A stretch of 64,000 nucleotides of DNA from the NCBI GenBank assembly GCA_043809315.1, contig JAZDDX010000020.1, positions 1 to 64,000 of the forward strand, written 5' to 3'. A program made the position numbers and the translations under genes. This DNA is from Pseudomonadota bacterium. Its GTDB lineage: Bacteria; Bdellovibrionota_G; JALEGL01; DATDPG01. The notes under the pieces were generated by a model, which worked only from the letters and a program-made list of their open reading frames with translations, did not search any database and had not been told where the DNA came from. Shown here piece by piece: positions 1 through 10,334 of this stretch (position 1 is the stretch's first letter; each line of letters begins with the position of its first letter).

Positions 1-532
1 CTGTCGCGATGCAGTAGGCAACCGATTCCGCAAAGATCTCTGTCGTAAACGAAGCGATCGGGCCAGCCACCACGTGCCCCTGCTTGTCTCGGACGATCAC
101 CTGCCAGAAGTACGTCGTATTTCTGTCAAGGTTTTCAAGTAGTTCGAATTCCATGGCCGTAATCCCACCCGCCGGCGTGATCACGAGCATGTTCGTGATC
201 GCAGTGCCGAAACTGACCGCAAAGGTCAGAACGTCCCCCGCGTCCCGGTCGCTCGAGAACCAGGAAAGGAGAGGCTTGAGCGCCACTTTCCTCTTCCCGT
301 CTTCCGGAAGAAGTTGAGAGGGAATCGAGGGAGCAGTGCCCGGGATCACCGGAGGCTTGATGATCGGGCAAGCTGCCAGCGCTACGGCGGATGGTGCAGC
401 AGTCGCGCAGATGGTGAACGGATCGACGGAGATCGGATTCGAGTCATCCTGGTTCGCGAGATCGATCTGGCTGCCGCAACCTGCGATCGCCAACGAAGCT
501 GCGAAGAGAAATCGGAATCGGTGCTTTGTCAT
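1..532 (-). CDS. Putative lipoprotein with a fibronectin type III-like domain; runs off the left edge and is absent from the ORF track
   Basis: Manual translation from ATG at 532: MTKHRFRFLFAASLAIAG-C (lipobox), then P..P.DG..V.LKPLLSW..SDRDAGDVLTFAVSFGT...LDRNTTYFWQVIVRDKQG...GPIASFTTE, an FN3-like pattern. GAAGGA RBS upstream; no stop before base 1. Confidence 0.75.
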   Translation of the reverse strand, partial: MTKHRFRFLFAASLAIAGCGSQIDLANQDDSNPISVDPFTICATAAPSAVALAACPIIKPPVIPGTAPSIPSQLLPEDGKRKVALKPLLSWFSSDRDAGDVLTFAVSFGTAITNMLVITPAGGITAMEFELLENLDRNTTYFWQVIVRDKQGHVVAGPIASFTTEIFAESVAYCIAT

Positions 533-681
533 CGGGTCCTTCCTTCTCGGGTTCCTGCATTCCCTAGAACGCAAGGTCCGGGCCAAAGGTCAAAACCGAG
601 TGACTACGGCAGGTTAGGTCGTTTGAGGGCGGTCTCTTGATATGCAATCTTTGCGGGCTTTGGCGAAAAGAGGCCTAAGAA

Positions 682-1359
682 CTAAAGATCGCCGAACGGC
701 TTCGCGCGGAGGTCCCGGCCATATTTCCGGGCCTCTTTCCGCATGGCGCGATTCCCCATCCACCGGTAGAAAAATGCCGGAAATGCCGGTTTCGCCGCGA
801 GCGCGGAGGCTTGTTCCGGAAACGGCTTTCCGGAGACGAGCGCGTCCGCCGTTAACTCGAGAGCGGTACGGAGAAAACGGACCGCACCCCCCACTTTGAC
901 GAACGGCCTCCCGCCGATCACCTCGCCCCCCCCGACCGAGAGCCCCCCGTACCAGGAAAGTCCGACTTCGCGCGCGAACTGTTGGCAAATCATCAGAGCG
1001 ACGTCGTTGTGATAGCTCTCGGGGAAGCCGGAGTTCACGATCGCGAAAAACCGTTTTCCAGCTGCAGATGCGATTCCTCGATCCTTGAGAAACTCCATCA
1101 TCCGGATTACCGGGGCCGGAAGAGAATCGACGTACAGAGGAAGGGTCAAGATCACGACCTCCGCCGCCTCGATCTCCAGGGCGAGGCGCTCGCTCCGCTC
1201 CGCCGATCCGAGAGCAGGCAGAATCCGAACCATTTCGGTTTGCCAACCCGCCGCCTGCATCCGACTCAGCAGATACGAGCCGATCGACTCGGAGTTGCTG
1301 CGGGAATACCGCGGCGAGCCGACCAGAAGAAGCGCTTTAGAGGAACGATCGGATTTCAT
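682..1359 (-). CDS. Flavodoxin-fold NAD(P)H-dependent oxidoreductase (FMN reductase-like)
   Basis: LLVGSPRYSRSNS phosphate loop and LTLPLYVDSLP motif; overlaps the upstream flavodoxin-family gene by 23 nt. Confidence 0.8.
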   Translation of the reverse strand: MKSDRSSKALLLVGSPRYSRSNSESIGSYLLSRMQAAGWQTEMVRILPALGSAERSERLALEIEAAEVVILTLPLYVDSLPAPVIRMMEFLKDRGIASAAGKRFFAIVNSGFPESYHNDVALMICQQFAREVGLSWYGGLSVGGGEVIGGRPFVKVGGAVRFLRTALELTADALVSGKPFPEQASALAAKPAFPAFFYRWMGNRAMRKEARKYGRDLRAKPFGDL

Positions 1360-1885
1360 CTTTCATCTCGGGGCGATCGACATCCACGAACACCTTTCCG
1401 CGGAAGCCGGTCGTGTGGAAGTTGCGGGAGTTTCGCTCGATGAGAAGATTGAAGATCTTCTCACTCTCCGGATCAGGTTTGGGGAGAACCCCGGCAACAC
1501 AAACCTTTGGGTAATGCCGATACCGCATCGGGTGACGGGTCGATCCGCCGACACTGGTCAGGAAAGGGAGTGCCACGCAGATGGAGCGATCAAGCGCTTT
1601 CTTGAGCTCCGAGGAATACCCTCCGAATGTGACCGGCGTGAGCATCAAGACCAGGTCGCAGGAGATCATCTTGCGCGCCACGTTCCGCCCGTCGTCATCG
1701 GTGGCGCAGAGTCCCGGTGTCGCCGTCCAACAGCCGAAGCAACCTTTGCACGGGGCGATGGAAAGCGAACTCAAGACCAACGTTTCAACTTCGTACCCCC
1801 GGGTTCGAAGCTCTTGCTCCGCAAGTTGGGCAAAGCGACCGAGACTTTGTCCTTCGCGGGAACCATCGAGAAGAAGCGCTTTCAT
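1337..1885 (-). CDS. Iron-sulfur flavoprotein / flavodoxin family protein
   Basis: LLDGS, CKGCFGCW...GLC cysteine motif, TPVTFGGYSSELKKALDR. Confidence 0.85.
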   Translation of the reverse strand: MKALLLDGSREGQSLGRFAQLAEQELRTRGYEVETLVLSSLSIAPCKGCFGCWTATPGLCATDDDGRNVARKMISCDLVLMLTPVTFGGYSSELKKALDRSICVALPFLTSVGGSTRHPMRYRHYPKVCVAGVLPKPDPESEKIFNLLIERNSRNFHTTGFRGKVFVDVDRPEMKDEIRSFL

Positions 1886-1951
1886 GACGATGTGATCTTA
1901 CGATCGTCCCGGCCCGGCTTGCTGTCAAGATCCGGGGTTGATAGTTTGGTA

Positions 1952-1979
1952 TTGATATTTAATGTTTTGCGTATATACT
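1952..1979 (+). promoter_or_regulatory. Sigma70-type promoter of brnTA with a palindromic candidate operator over the -10 box
   Basis: TTGATA(1952-57)-16 nt-TATACT(1974-79) in an AT-rich patch; palindrome GTATATAC at 1971-78; ATG at 1985 with no SD. Confidence 0.65.
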
Positions 1980-1984
1980 AAATG

Positions 1985-2287
1985 ATGTTGCTCTTTGAAT
2001 GGGACAGCGCCAAGGCGGCGACGAATCGGAAAAAGCATGGGGTCACCTTCGAGGAGGCGGCCACCGTGTTTTTCGACGTTCACGGCTTCGACCTGCCGGA
2101 CGTCAAGCACTCCTCCCGTTCCGAGAGACGGGCGATTCGAATCGGGATGTCGATTTCCACCCGGATTCTGATGTCCGTTTACACCGAGAGGATAGGACAC
2201 CATGGCGAAGAAACGATCCGAATCATCAGTGCGCGACGTGCGAACGCGAAAGAAAGAGGCTTCTACTCGGGTCACGTACGATTCTGA
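1985..2287 (+). CDS. brnT: BrnT family toxin (type II TA ribonuclease)
   Basis: FEWDSAKAATNRKKHGVTFEEA...HS..ERR..IG...IRIISARRA..KER signature. Alternative start at 1982. Confidence 0.92.
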   Translation: MLLFEWDSAKAATNRKKHGVTFEEAATVFFDVHGFDLPDVKHSSRSERRAIRIGMSISTRILMSVYTERIGHHGEETIRIISARRANAKERGFYSGHVRF

Positions 2288-2573
2288 GGCGTTGCTCCGC
2301 TATTTCCTGCAGGAGCGCTCGGAACCGTACCGTTCGGAACGATCTAGAACCAAGATCGACTATTCGGACATCCCCGAACTCACCGAAGCCCAGATGAAGA
2401 AGGCCAAGCACCCGCGCGTTGGCCGCCCTCCCCTCGGAGCCGCGGCCAAGAAAATGATTTCGATGAAGATCGATCCGATCCTGCTGGAACAGCTCAAAGA
2501 GCGGGCCCGACTGGAACGGAAAGGGTACCAAACCCTCATCCAGGAGATCCTGGAGAGGTTCATCCGAAGCTAA
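2202..2573 (+). CDS. brnA: BrnA family antitoxin (C-terminal ribbon-helix-helix)
   Basis: IDYSDIPELT, GRPP, KKMISMKIDP..L..LK..A...GYQTLI..IL; follows brnT; AGGA RBS before 2202. Start is uncertain. Confidence 0.88.
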   Translation: MAKKRSESSVRDVRTRKKEASTRVTYDSEALLRYFLQERSEPYRSERSRTKIDYSDIPELTEAQMKKAKHPRVGRPPLGAAAKKMISMKIDPILLEQLKERARLERKGYQTLIQEILERFIRS

Positions 2574-4933
2574 CGCTTCAAGTACTTGAGAATCGCCTCG
2601 ACCTGGCTCTCGCCGTCGAGACCCGCTTCGGCCAATACCTTGTCCCCCTGCCCGCTTCCCAGATAATGCCCGTGCTGGAACGGATGCATCGTCGCCTCCT
2701 GTCCCCTTGCGGAGCGGATCCAGCGGTACATCGTCGGGAGGGTGAAGCCGGTGATCCCGATCGCCTGCTGCGCGACGTGATCCGGGTAAACCTTCTCCTG
2801 CTCGCTGGCCGGGAGCAGATCGAACAGCTCCGCGCTCGCGACATAGTAGACCTCGAGGTCGATCCTTTTCTTGTCCAGAAGCGGCATCCCCTGCTCGACG
2901 AACGCATACGCCACCGCGCTCTCCTGCAGGACCACATACCCGTCCGGCTTCCCCTTCGCCGCACGAAGCTTGTAGACTCCGGTCGCCGCCGCGCTCGCCG
3001 GAGCCAGTCCCAGCGCCGGGCGATCGAGGACCTTCTCGTTCGGTCTCGTCACGAACGGCGAGATCACCGCCGGGCGCTTCGCGATCGCGTGCGTGACGAG
3101 TGTCCAGATCTCCTGCGGTTCCCACGGGGTGAGCGAAATCGCCGTCCCCTTCGGGAAGTTGTCCTGCAACAGCTGAAGAGCCTGCGGATCGGCGTGCGTC
3201 GGCCCGTCTTCGCCGGTCTTCAAACCCGCGTGCGCGCAGACCAGGAAGAACGGCTTGTACGCGTCTTTGGGTACCAACGTTTGCCTCGCTTGGTTTCCGA
3301 TCGCGTGCAGTCGCGCTGCGATGTGGCCGAGCGGCGCCAGAAACGCGCCGTACGAGGAAGCGACCCCGGTATGCCGGCCGAAGTTCGCCATTCCCGAGAA
3401 GATCCCGGCCATCGCATCTTCGCAGATCCCGCCGAGAGAGAGGGAGCGGGAGGCCGGGTTCGTCTTGGCGTTGAAGAACCCATCCCCGAACCCCTCCCCG
3501 ACGACGTTCACGCTCGTCGAGCCGAGAAGATCGGCTGCCGCCGCGAAGATCGCGCCGCCGCTCTTTTTATTATAGTGGTTCAGGACGCGCCCCAACTCCC
3601 CGCGGAGTGTGGTTGACGTTCCGACTTTGAGCGCCGGTTCCATCATCGGCTGACGGAGCGAATTCTGGGCCGTCTCGTACATCCCCTCGATTCGGGGGGC
3701 ACCGTCGCGCGGTTTTCGCTTGAGCCCATTCAACCGTTCGCGCGCGCTCTCGAGCCGTTTCCCGAGCATCTTCGATGTCAGGTCGGACGTTTCCATCGCC
3801 GCTCGGACCACCTTGAGCGATTCCCAGAAACATTTCTCGAGTTCGGTGGGGTCGGTTCCTTTGCACCGCTGCGCGGTCGCCTCGCAACGGGGGATCTCCC
3901 CCCTCGTCACCTTCAAGAGAGGTTCCACGGCGGCGAAAAAAGTGTCGGCGCAGAGCTTGTGCCCAGCACCGTGAGACGATTTTCCCTCGATCCCGTACTG
4001 CCACCCTTTGACGGTCCGGTAGACGATCGCCGTCGGCTGGCCGTTTCGGATCTCACGGGCCAATCTCTGGGCCTTGAAGACCTGTTGGAAATCTTTCCCG
4101 TCCGGAACGAAGACGACGTTCCAATCGAACAGATAGAAGAACTCCATCGGATCCCACTGGACGTAGTCCCCCGGCGTCGAGCCGTCGCGGCAGACGCGGT
4201 TCGAGTCGATCGAAGCCTGGTTCCAGTCGACGTGCAGGATCACGTTTCCGAGCGACGCGGTTCCCGCCGCGGCTGCGGCTTCGGCGACCCGTCCCGGCGT
4301 CATCCCCCCTTCTCCTTCGACGATGTGAATCATCGGGGCGTTCGCTCCGTAGTAATCGGCCGCGCCGAACGCGAGCCCGACGGAGGCGGCTACGCCGACC
4401 CCCGAGGCCCCGGTCGAGAGCTTCAAGAACGGTGTGGCCGGGGTCGGATGCCCGTCCAGCGCCTTCGCCTTGAACTCCGTGAAGAGGGAGGTCTTCTTGA
4501 TCGGGTTCTGACGGAACCCGATCAGGTCCTCGAGGCGGAATTGTTGGTTCGTATCTTTCGGCAGGAGCTTCGGAGCCCCAATCCGCGCAGCTTCGTTGCG
4601 CAGCGCCCACATGGAATAGAGTCCCAGCGCTTTATGCCCCGCCGCGTACGAGCAGAGATCGGCGTCCGCCCGGTCGGGGTCGGAGAGATCGTAGTCCATC
4701 GAGTCGTAGAGGATCCCGGTGACAAAGCGGCCGGAGGAGATCGATCCCCCCGGATGCCCGGACATCGGGACATAGTTGTACATCAGGGCGCAGAGCGACC
4801 GGTAGATCAGGTCGAACCGCTCGAAATGCTCCAACTCGTCGGCGGAAAGGGGCGGTTTCCCCCCTTTGAGCTCGTCCGATGCGTTGAGGTAGATTCCCCG
4901 GCGGGGGCCGAACTTCATCGCTTCCGTTTTCAT
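2570..4933 (-). CDS. tkt: Transketolase-like TPP enzyme, atypical and long (787 aa)
   Basis: SGHPGGSIS, AGHK, LDGHP, STGASGVG, GEG...N TPP motif, ADL, GEDGPTH. Confidence 0.8.
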   Translation of the reverse strand: MKTEAMKFGPRRGIYLNASDELKGGKPPLSADELEHFERFDLIYRSLCALMYNYVPMSGHPGGSISSGRFVTGILYDSMDYDLSDPDRADADLCSYAAGHKALGLYSMWALRNEAARIGAPKLLPKDTNQQFRLEDLIGFRQNPIKKTSLFTEFKAKALDGHPTPATPFLKLSTGASGVGVAASVGLAFGAADYYGANAPMIHIVEGEGGMTPGRVAEAAAAAGTASLGNVILHVDWNQASIDSNRVCRDGSTPGDYVQWDPMEFFYLFDWNVVFVPDGKDFQQVFKAQRLAREIRNGQPTAIVYRTVKGWQYGIEGKSSHGAGHKLCADTFFAAVEPLLKVTRGEIPRCEATAQRCKGTDPTELEKCFWESLKVVRAAMETSDLTSKMLGKRLESARERLNGLKRKPRDGAPRIEGMYETAQNSLRQPMMEPALKVGTSTTLRGELGRVLNHYNKKSGGAIFAAAADLLGSTSVNVVGEGFGDGFFNAKTNPASRSLSLGGICEDAMAGIFSGMANFGRHTGVASSYGAFLAPLGHIAARLHAIGNQARQTLVPKDAYKPFFLVCAHAGLKTGEDGPTHADPQALQLLQDNFPKGTAISLTPWEPQEIWTLVTHAIAKRPAVISPFVTRPNEKVLDRPALGLAPASAAATGVYKLRAAKGKPDGYVVLQESAVAYAFVEQGMPLLDKKRIDLEVYYVASAELFDLLPASEQEKVYPDHVAQQAIGITGFTLPTMYRWIRSARGQEATMHPFQHGHYLGSGQGDKVLAEAGLDGESQVEAILKYLKR

Positions 4934-4956
4934 GAGGCCCTTTCTTCTTTACTTAC

Positions 4957-6258
4957 TTAGAACAGCCGTTTGCCCGATCGTACGAACTTGGTGAACCCTT
5001 CCCGATCCTTCGATGCGGTCCCGATCCGACGCATCCCCTCCTTTAGGTCGTCCATCCCCGTGGCGATGGAGAGGCGGAGGAAGTGTTTTCCGTCCGAACC
5101 GATCACGCCGAACGACCGGCGGTCCATCGTCGCCACCTGATACTCGAACAGCAGGAACAGGTTGAAGAGCGTCGAGGGGCTCGAGAGCGACCGAATGTCG
5201 GGAGGAAGGGAACGGTGCATGTCGATCGCCCCGATCTCCTCGCAAACCCCGCCGATGTTCGGAAAGACGTAGAATGCCCCTTTCGGCATCTGGCAGGTGA
5301 TCCCCTTGATCTCGTTGAGCGCCCTTACAACCACGTCCCGGCGTTCCTGGAACGCGGTCACCATCTTGTTGACGGCAGGCGCCGTCTCTTTCGATTCGAT
5401 CCCGGTCTTGCACCCCATCTGGTTGTATGCGGCCGTGCAGGAGAAGTAGTTGATGTTCAAGTTCTTGAAGACCTTCGCTTCCTCCGCGGTCGGGAAGACC
5501 GCCCAGCCGATCCGTCCACCGGTCCAGGACCACGATTTCGACGCGCCTGAGACCACGATCGTCCGTTCTTCCATTCCGGGGAGGGACGCAATGGAGAAAT
5601 GCCGGCTCCCGTCGAAGAGAATGTTTTCGTAGATCTCGTCGGAATAGACCCGGCAGTCCTGCGGGGCTTTTTTCCGGATCACGTCGGCGATCGTTTCTAA
5701 CTGTTCTTTGGAAGCCACGCCGCCGGTGGGGTTGGACGGGAAGTTCACGATGATGATCTTCGTCTTCTTCGTGATCAGCGGCTCCAACTCCTCCCCCGTA
5801 AATGCAAACCCCTTCTTTTCGTCCAGATGGAGCGGAACCGGGCTCAAACCGAGGTACTTTGTGAACGACTCGTAAATCGGGAAGCCGGGGCTCGGGAAGA
5901 TCACTTCGTCCCCCGGATTGCAGTATGCTTCCTGGCTGAACCCGATCGGCGGCTTCCCTCCCGGGAATACGACAACCCGGTCGGGGGTGAATTTCAGACC
6001 GCGCCGGTTCCCCATCTCCTTCGCGAGCGCCTCGCGGAGAGGAAGGATCCCTTGCGGATCGCAGTAGTGCGTGAGGTCGTTGTCGATCTGTCTCTTCACT
6101 TCCTCCGCGATATGCTTCGGAAGCGGAAAATCGGGCTCCCCGAGGTTGCAGCGGATCACTTTTTTCCCGGTCGTATCCTCTACCTCTTTGATGTAGGGGC
6201 CGATTTTGAACGCGTTTTCGGTTCCGAGAGCTCCGATTCGGTCTGCGAACAGTGACAT
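4957..6258 (-). CDS. PLP-dependent class I/II aminotransferase (aspartate aminotransferase-like)
   Basis: GEPDF, PSNPTG, SDEIYE, SGASKSWSWTGGRIGW (PLP lysine), GAFYVFP. Start moved to MSLFADR, which has an AGGAGG RBS. Confidence 0.9.
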   Translation of the reverse strand: MSLFADRIGALGTENAFKIGPYIKEVEDTTGKKVIRCNLGEPDFPLPKHIAEEVKRQIDNDLTHYCDPQGILPLREALAKEMGNRRGLKFTPDRVVVFPGGKPPIGFSQEAYCNPGDEVIFPSPGFPIYESFTKYLGLSPVPLHLDEKKGFAFTGEELEPLITKKTKIIIVNFPSNPTGGVASKEQLETIADVIRKKAPQDCRVYSDEIYENILFDGSRHFSIASLPGMEERTIVVSGASKSWSWTGGRIGWAVFPTAEEAKVFKNLNINYFSCTAAYNQMGCKTGIESKETAPAVNKMVTAFQERRDVVVRALNEIKGITCQMPKGAFYVFPNIGGVCEEIGAIDMHRSLPPDIRSLSSPSTLFNLFLLFEYQVATMDRRSFGVIGSDGKHFLRLSIATGMDDLKEGMRRIGTASKDREGFTKFVRSGKRLF

Positions 6259-6278
6259 CGTCTTCCTCCTGAATCTGT

Positions 6279-7946
6279 CTAGATATACCGCTTGTAGACG
6301 GGTTGATACTGCTGTGCCTTCATATGTGCAAGCAGATCGTTCGGCCTCGGTTCGGTCGCAAGCCCATTCTGGTACGCCACCTTCGCCGTCACCGCCGCGA
6401 TCTGCGCCGACACCTCCCGGATCTTGGGTAACGCCGGGAAGAGGCAACCTTTGGCAAGGTCGGAATCGGAGGTCAGCCGGGCCAACACCTTGGCCGACTC
6501 GAAGAACATTTCATCCGTCACTCGTCGAGCACCGCAAACCGTCACTCCCAAGCCTACCCCCGGAAAGACATAGGCATTGTTCGCCTGCCCCGGAACAAAC
6601 GTCTTCCCCTCGTACGTGCAGCTCGGAAACGGCGAACCGCTGGCGAAAATCGCCTTCCCCTTCGACCAGTTGTACGCCTCCTCCGCCGAGCACTCCGCTT
6701 TGGAGGTGGGGTTCGAAAGGGCAAAGATCATCGGCCGCTCGTTGATCCGGGCCATCTCGGTCACGATCTCTTTCGTGAACTGTTTTGGGTTGCCGGAGAC
6801 CCCGATCAGGGCGGTCGGCTTGAGTGATTTCACCGCCCCAAGAAGATCGGCGACGGGAGGATGCTTGTGCGCGAACGCCCGTTTGTGGGGCTGGAGATCG
6901 GTCCGGCTGCTTTCAACCAAAGATTTAGAATCGACAAACCAACACCTTGTTATTGCTTGGTCTTTCGTAAGTCCTTCGTCCACCATTGCGCTGACGATCA
7001 GGTTGCCGATCCCGATCGCCGCTTCCCCTGCACCGTGGAAGAGAATTGTCTGGTCTCGGAGCTTCCCTTTCGTGATCTTCATCGCCGAATAGATCGCCGC
7101 GAGCGTCACCCCAGCTGTCCCCTGGATATCGTCGTTGAACGTGCAGACCTTGTCCCGGTACTTCTCGAGGAGACGGAAGGCGTTGTGGTTCGCGAAATCC
7201 TCGAACTGGACTACTGCGTGGGGAAAGACTTCCTGGACCGCGCAGATGAACTCGTCGATCAGGGAGTCGTACTCCTCCCCGGTAATCCTCCGCTCCCGAA
7301 TCCCGAGATAGAGCGCCTCTTTCAGGAACTCTTCGCGGTTCGTTCCGACGTCCAGCATGACCGGCAGGGTCTGCCGCGGGTGAACGCCGGCGCAGGCGGT
7401 GTAGAGCGCCAGCTTCCCGATCGGAATTCCCATTCCGTTCGCCCCCTGGTCCCCGAGCCCCAGGATCCGCTCTCCGTCGGTCACGACGATCACGCGAACG
7501 TCCTCTTCGGGCCAATTCCGGAGAACCTCCTCGATTCTCCCCCGGTCGTACTTCGAGATGAACATCCCCCGCGTCTGTCGGAAGATGTCGCCGTACAGCT
7601 GGCACGCCTTGCCCACCGTCGGGGTGTAGATGATCGGCATGACCTCCTCGATATGGTCCACCACCACTCGGTAGAAAAGGGTCTCGTTCCGGTCCTGCAA
7701 CGCCCGCATGTGGATGAACTTCTCCAGGTCGTCCGTCTTCTTCCGGAACGCCTCCATCACCCGCGTGCACTGTTCTTCGACGGTGCCGACGTGGGCCGGC
7801 AAGAGCCCGGTCAGCCCCAAACACCTCCGCTCCTCCTCCGTGAACGCGGTCCCCTTGTTGAGGGTCGGATCCCGGAGAAGGTCGATTCCGGAAAGGCTGG
7901 GACGGATCGTGGTTTCGGAGATTCTTCGGGAACGGTTATGACTCAT
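6279..7946 (-). CDS. maeA: NAD(P)-dependent malic enzyme (large MaeA/SfcA type)
   Basis: NKGTAFT, PIIYTPTVG, TDGERILGLGD, QFEDF, FNDDIQGT, GAGEA, LSNPT, GQANN. Confidence 0.95.
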   Translation of the reverse strand: MSHNRSRRISETTIRPSLSGIDLLRDPTLNKGTAFTEEERRCLGLTGLLPAHVGTVEEQCTRVMEAFRKKTDDLEKFIHMRALQDRNETLFYRVVVDHIEEVMPIIYTPTVGKACQLYGDIFRQTRGMFISKYDRGRIEEVLRNWPEEDVRVIVVTDGERILGLGDQGANGMGIPIGKLALYTACAGVHPRQTLPVMLDVGTNREEFLKEALYLGIRERRITGEEYDSLIDEFICAVQEVFPHAVVQFEDFANHNAFRLLEKYRDKVCTFNDDIQGTAGVTLAAIYSAMKITKGKLRDQTILFHGAGEAAIGIGNLIVSAMVDEGLTKDQAITRCWFVDSKSLVESSRTDLQPHKRAFAHKHPPVADLLGAVKSLKPTALIGVSGNPKQFTKEIVTEMARINERPMIFALSNPTSKAECSAEEAYNWSKGKAIFASGSPFPSCTYEGKTFVPGQANNAYVFPGVGLGVTVCGARRVTDEMFFESAKVLARLTSDSDLAKGCLFPALPKIREVSAQIAAVTAKVAYQNGLATEPRPNDLLAHMKAQQYQPVYKRYI

Positions 7947-7984
7947 GGCGCGCGAGCTTACCGCATACCTGGGGGGGTGCCGAA

Positions 7985-7998
7985 CTGATTTAGGTCAT
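7985..7998. promoter_or_regulatory. FNR/CRP-family-like site between divergent maeA and mdh
   Basis: CTGAT-TTAG-GTCAT, centred 31.5 bp from both divergent -10-like hexamers (TAAGCT on minus starting at 7960; TATCTT on plus starting at 8023). Confidence 0.55.
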
Positions 7999-8080
7999 CC
8001 CTAGTCCCGTACCAAGATGTCATATCTTGACCGTCACGAATCTCAGATCTAAGAAGGTGGACGAAAGGAAACCGGAAAAC

Positions 8081-9025
<945 letters not shown>

Positions 9026-9041
9026 GTGTAAGGAGAACCCG

Positions 9042-10325
9042 ATGCCTGAAAATACGTTGACGATCACCGACAACCGTACCGGGAAGACCTACTCGGTTCC
9101 CATCGAAAACGAGACGATCAAAACGATAGATCTCCGGCAGATCAAAACGAAGCCGGACGACTTCGGGCTGATGGGGTACGACCCGGCATTCATGAACACG
9201 GCCTCTACCAAGAGTCGGATCACATACATCGACGGGGACAAGGGGATTCTCGAATATCGCGGTTATCCGATCGAGCAGCTCGCCGAGCACTGCAGCTTCC
9301 TCGATGTTGCCTATCTGCTCCTGAACGGCGAACTCCCCAACGCGAAACAGCTCGATACATGGACGCACGACGTCCAGCACCACACCCTCCTCCACGAGAA
9401 TATCAAGTTTCTGATGCAGACGTTCCATCCGGATGCGCACCCGATGGGGATCTTCATCTCGACCGTCGCAGCCCTTTCGACCTTCTATCCGGACGCGAAC
9501 AAGGTCACCGACAAGGCGAACCGGATGGAGCAGATCGTGCGACTGATCGCGAAGGTCCCGACGATCGGCGCGTTCTCGTACCGGCACCGGTGCGGGCTGC
9601 CGTACAACTACCCGGACAACGATCTCCCCTATACGGCGAACTTCCTCAACATGATGTTCGGCTTCGCGGGGAAATCGGCGAAGTCGCACCCCGCCCTTGT
9701 GCGCGCGTTGGAGGTGATCTTCATCCTTCACGCCGACCACGAGCAGAACTGCGGGACGAACGCCATGCGGGCGATCGGGTCGAGCCAGGTCGATCCGTAC
9801 AGCGCCATGGCGGGTGCTGCGGCAGCACTCTATGGGCCGTTGCACGGTGGGGCGAACGAAGCGGTCCTCGACATGCTGACCGAGATTGGCTCGGCGAAAA
9901 ACATCCCCGAGTTCATCAAGAAAGTGAAAGCGGGCCAGGGGAAGTTGATGGGGTTCGGCCACCGCGTCTACAAGAACTACGATCCGCGCGCCAAGATCCT
10001 CAAGCAGATGGCGGACCAGGTCTTCGAAGTCACGGGGCGAAACCCGCTTCTGGACGTCGCCCTCGAGTTGGAGCGGATCGCGTTGCAGGACGACTACTTC
10101 GTCACGCGGAAGCTCTACCCGAACGTCGACTTCTACTCCGGCATCATCTATCAGGCGATGGGAATCCCCGTTTCGATGTTCCCGGTGATGTTCGCAATCC
10201 CGCGGACGCCGGGATGGCTCTCGCAATGGGATGAACTAATCTCAGATCCGGAACAGAAGATCGCGCGGCCTCGCCAGGTCTATCTGGGCCACGCCAGGCG
10301 CGACGTTCCGAAAAGCTTGAAATAA
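9042..10325 (+). CDS. gltA: Citrate synthase
   Basis: ITYIDGDKGILEYRGYPI, AHPM, HADHEQN, GPLHGGAN, GFGHRVYK, YPNVDFYSG; AAGGAG RBS. Confidence 0.97.
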   Translation: MPENTLTITDNRTGKTYSVPIENETIKTIDLRQIKTKPDDFGLMGYDPAFMNTASTKSRITYIDGDKGILEYRGYPIEQLAEHCSFLDVAYLLLNGELPNAKQLDTWTHDVQHHTLLHENIKFLMQTFHPDAHPMGIFISTVAALSTFYPDANKVTDKANRMEQIVRLIAKVPTIGAFSYRHRCGLPYNYPDNDLPYTANFLNMMFGFAGKSAKSHPALVRALEVIFILHADHEQNCGTNAMRAIGSSQVDPYSAMAGAAAALYGPLHGGANEAVLDMLTEIGSAKNIPEFIKKVKAGQGKLMGFGHRVYKNYDPRAKILKQMADQVFEVTGRNPLLDVALELERIALQDDYFVTRKLYPNVDFYSGIIYQAMGIPVSMFPVMFAIPRTPGWLSQWDELISDPEQKIARPRQVYLGHARRDVPKSLK

Positions 10326-10334
10326 GTAGCAGCG

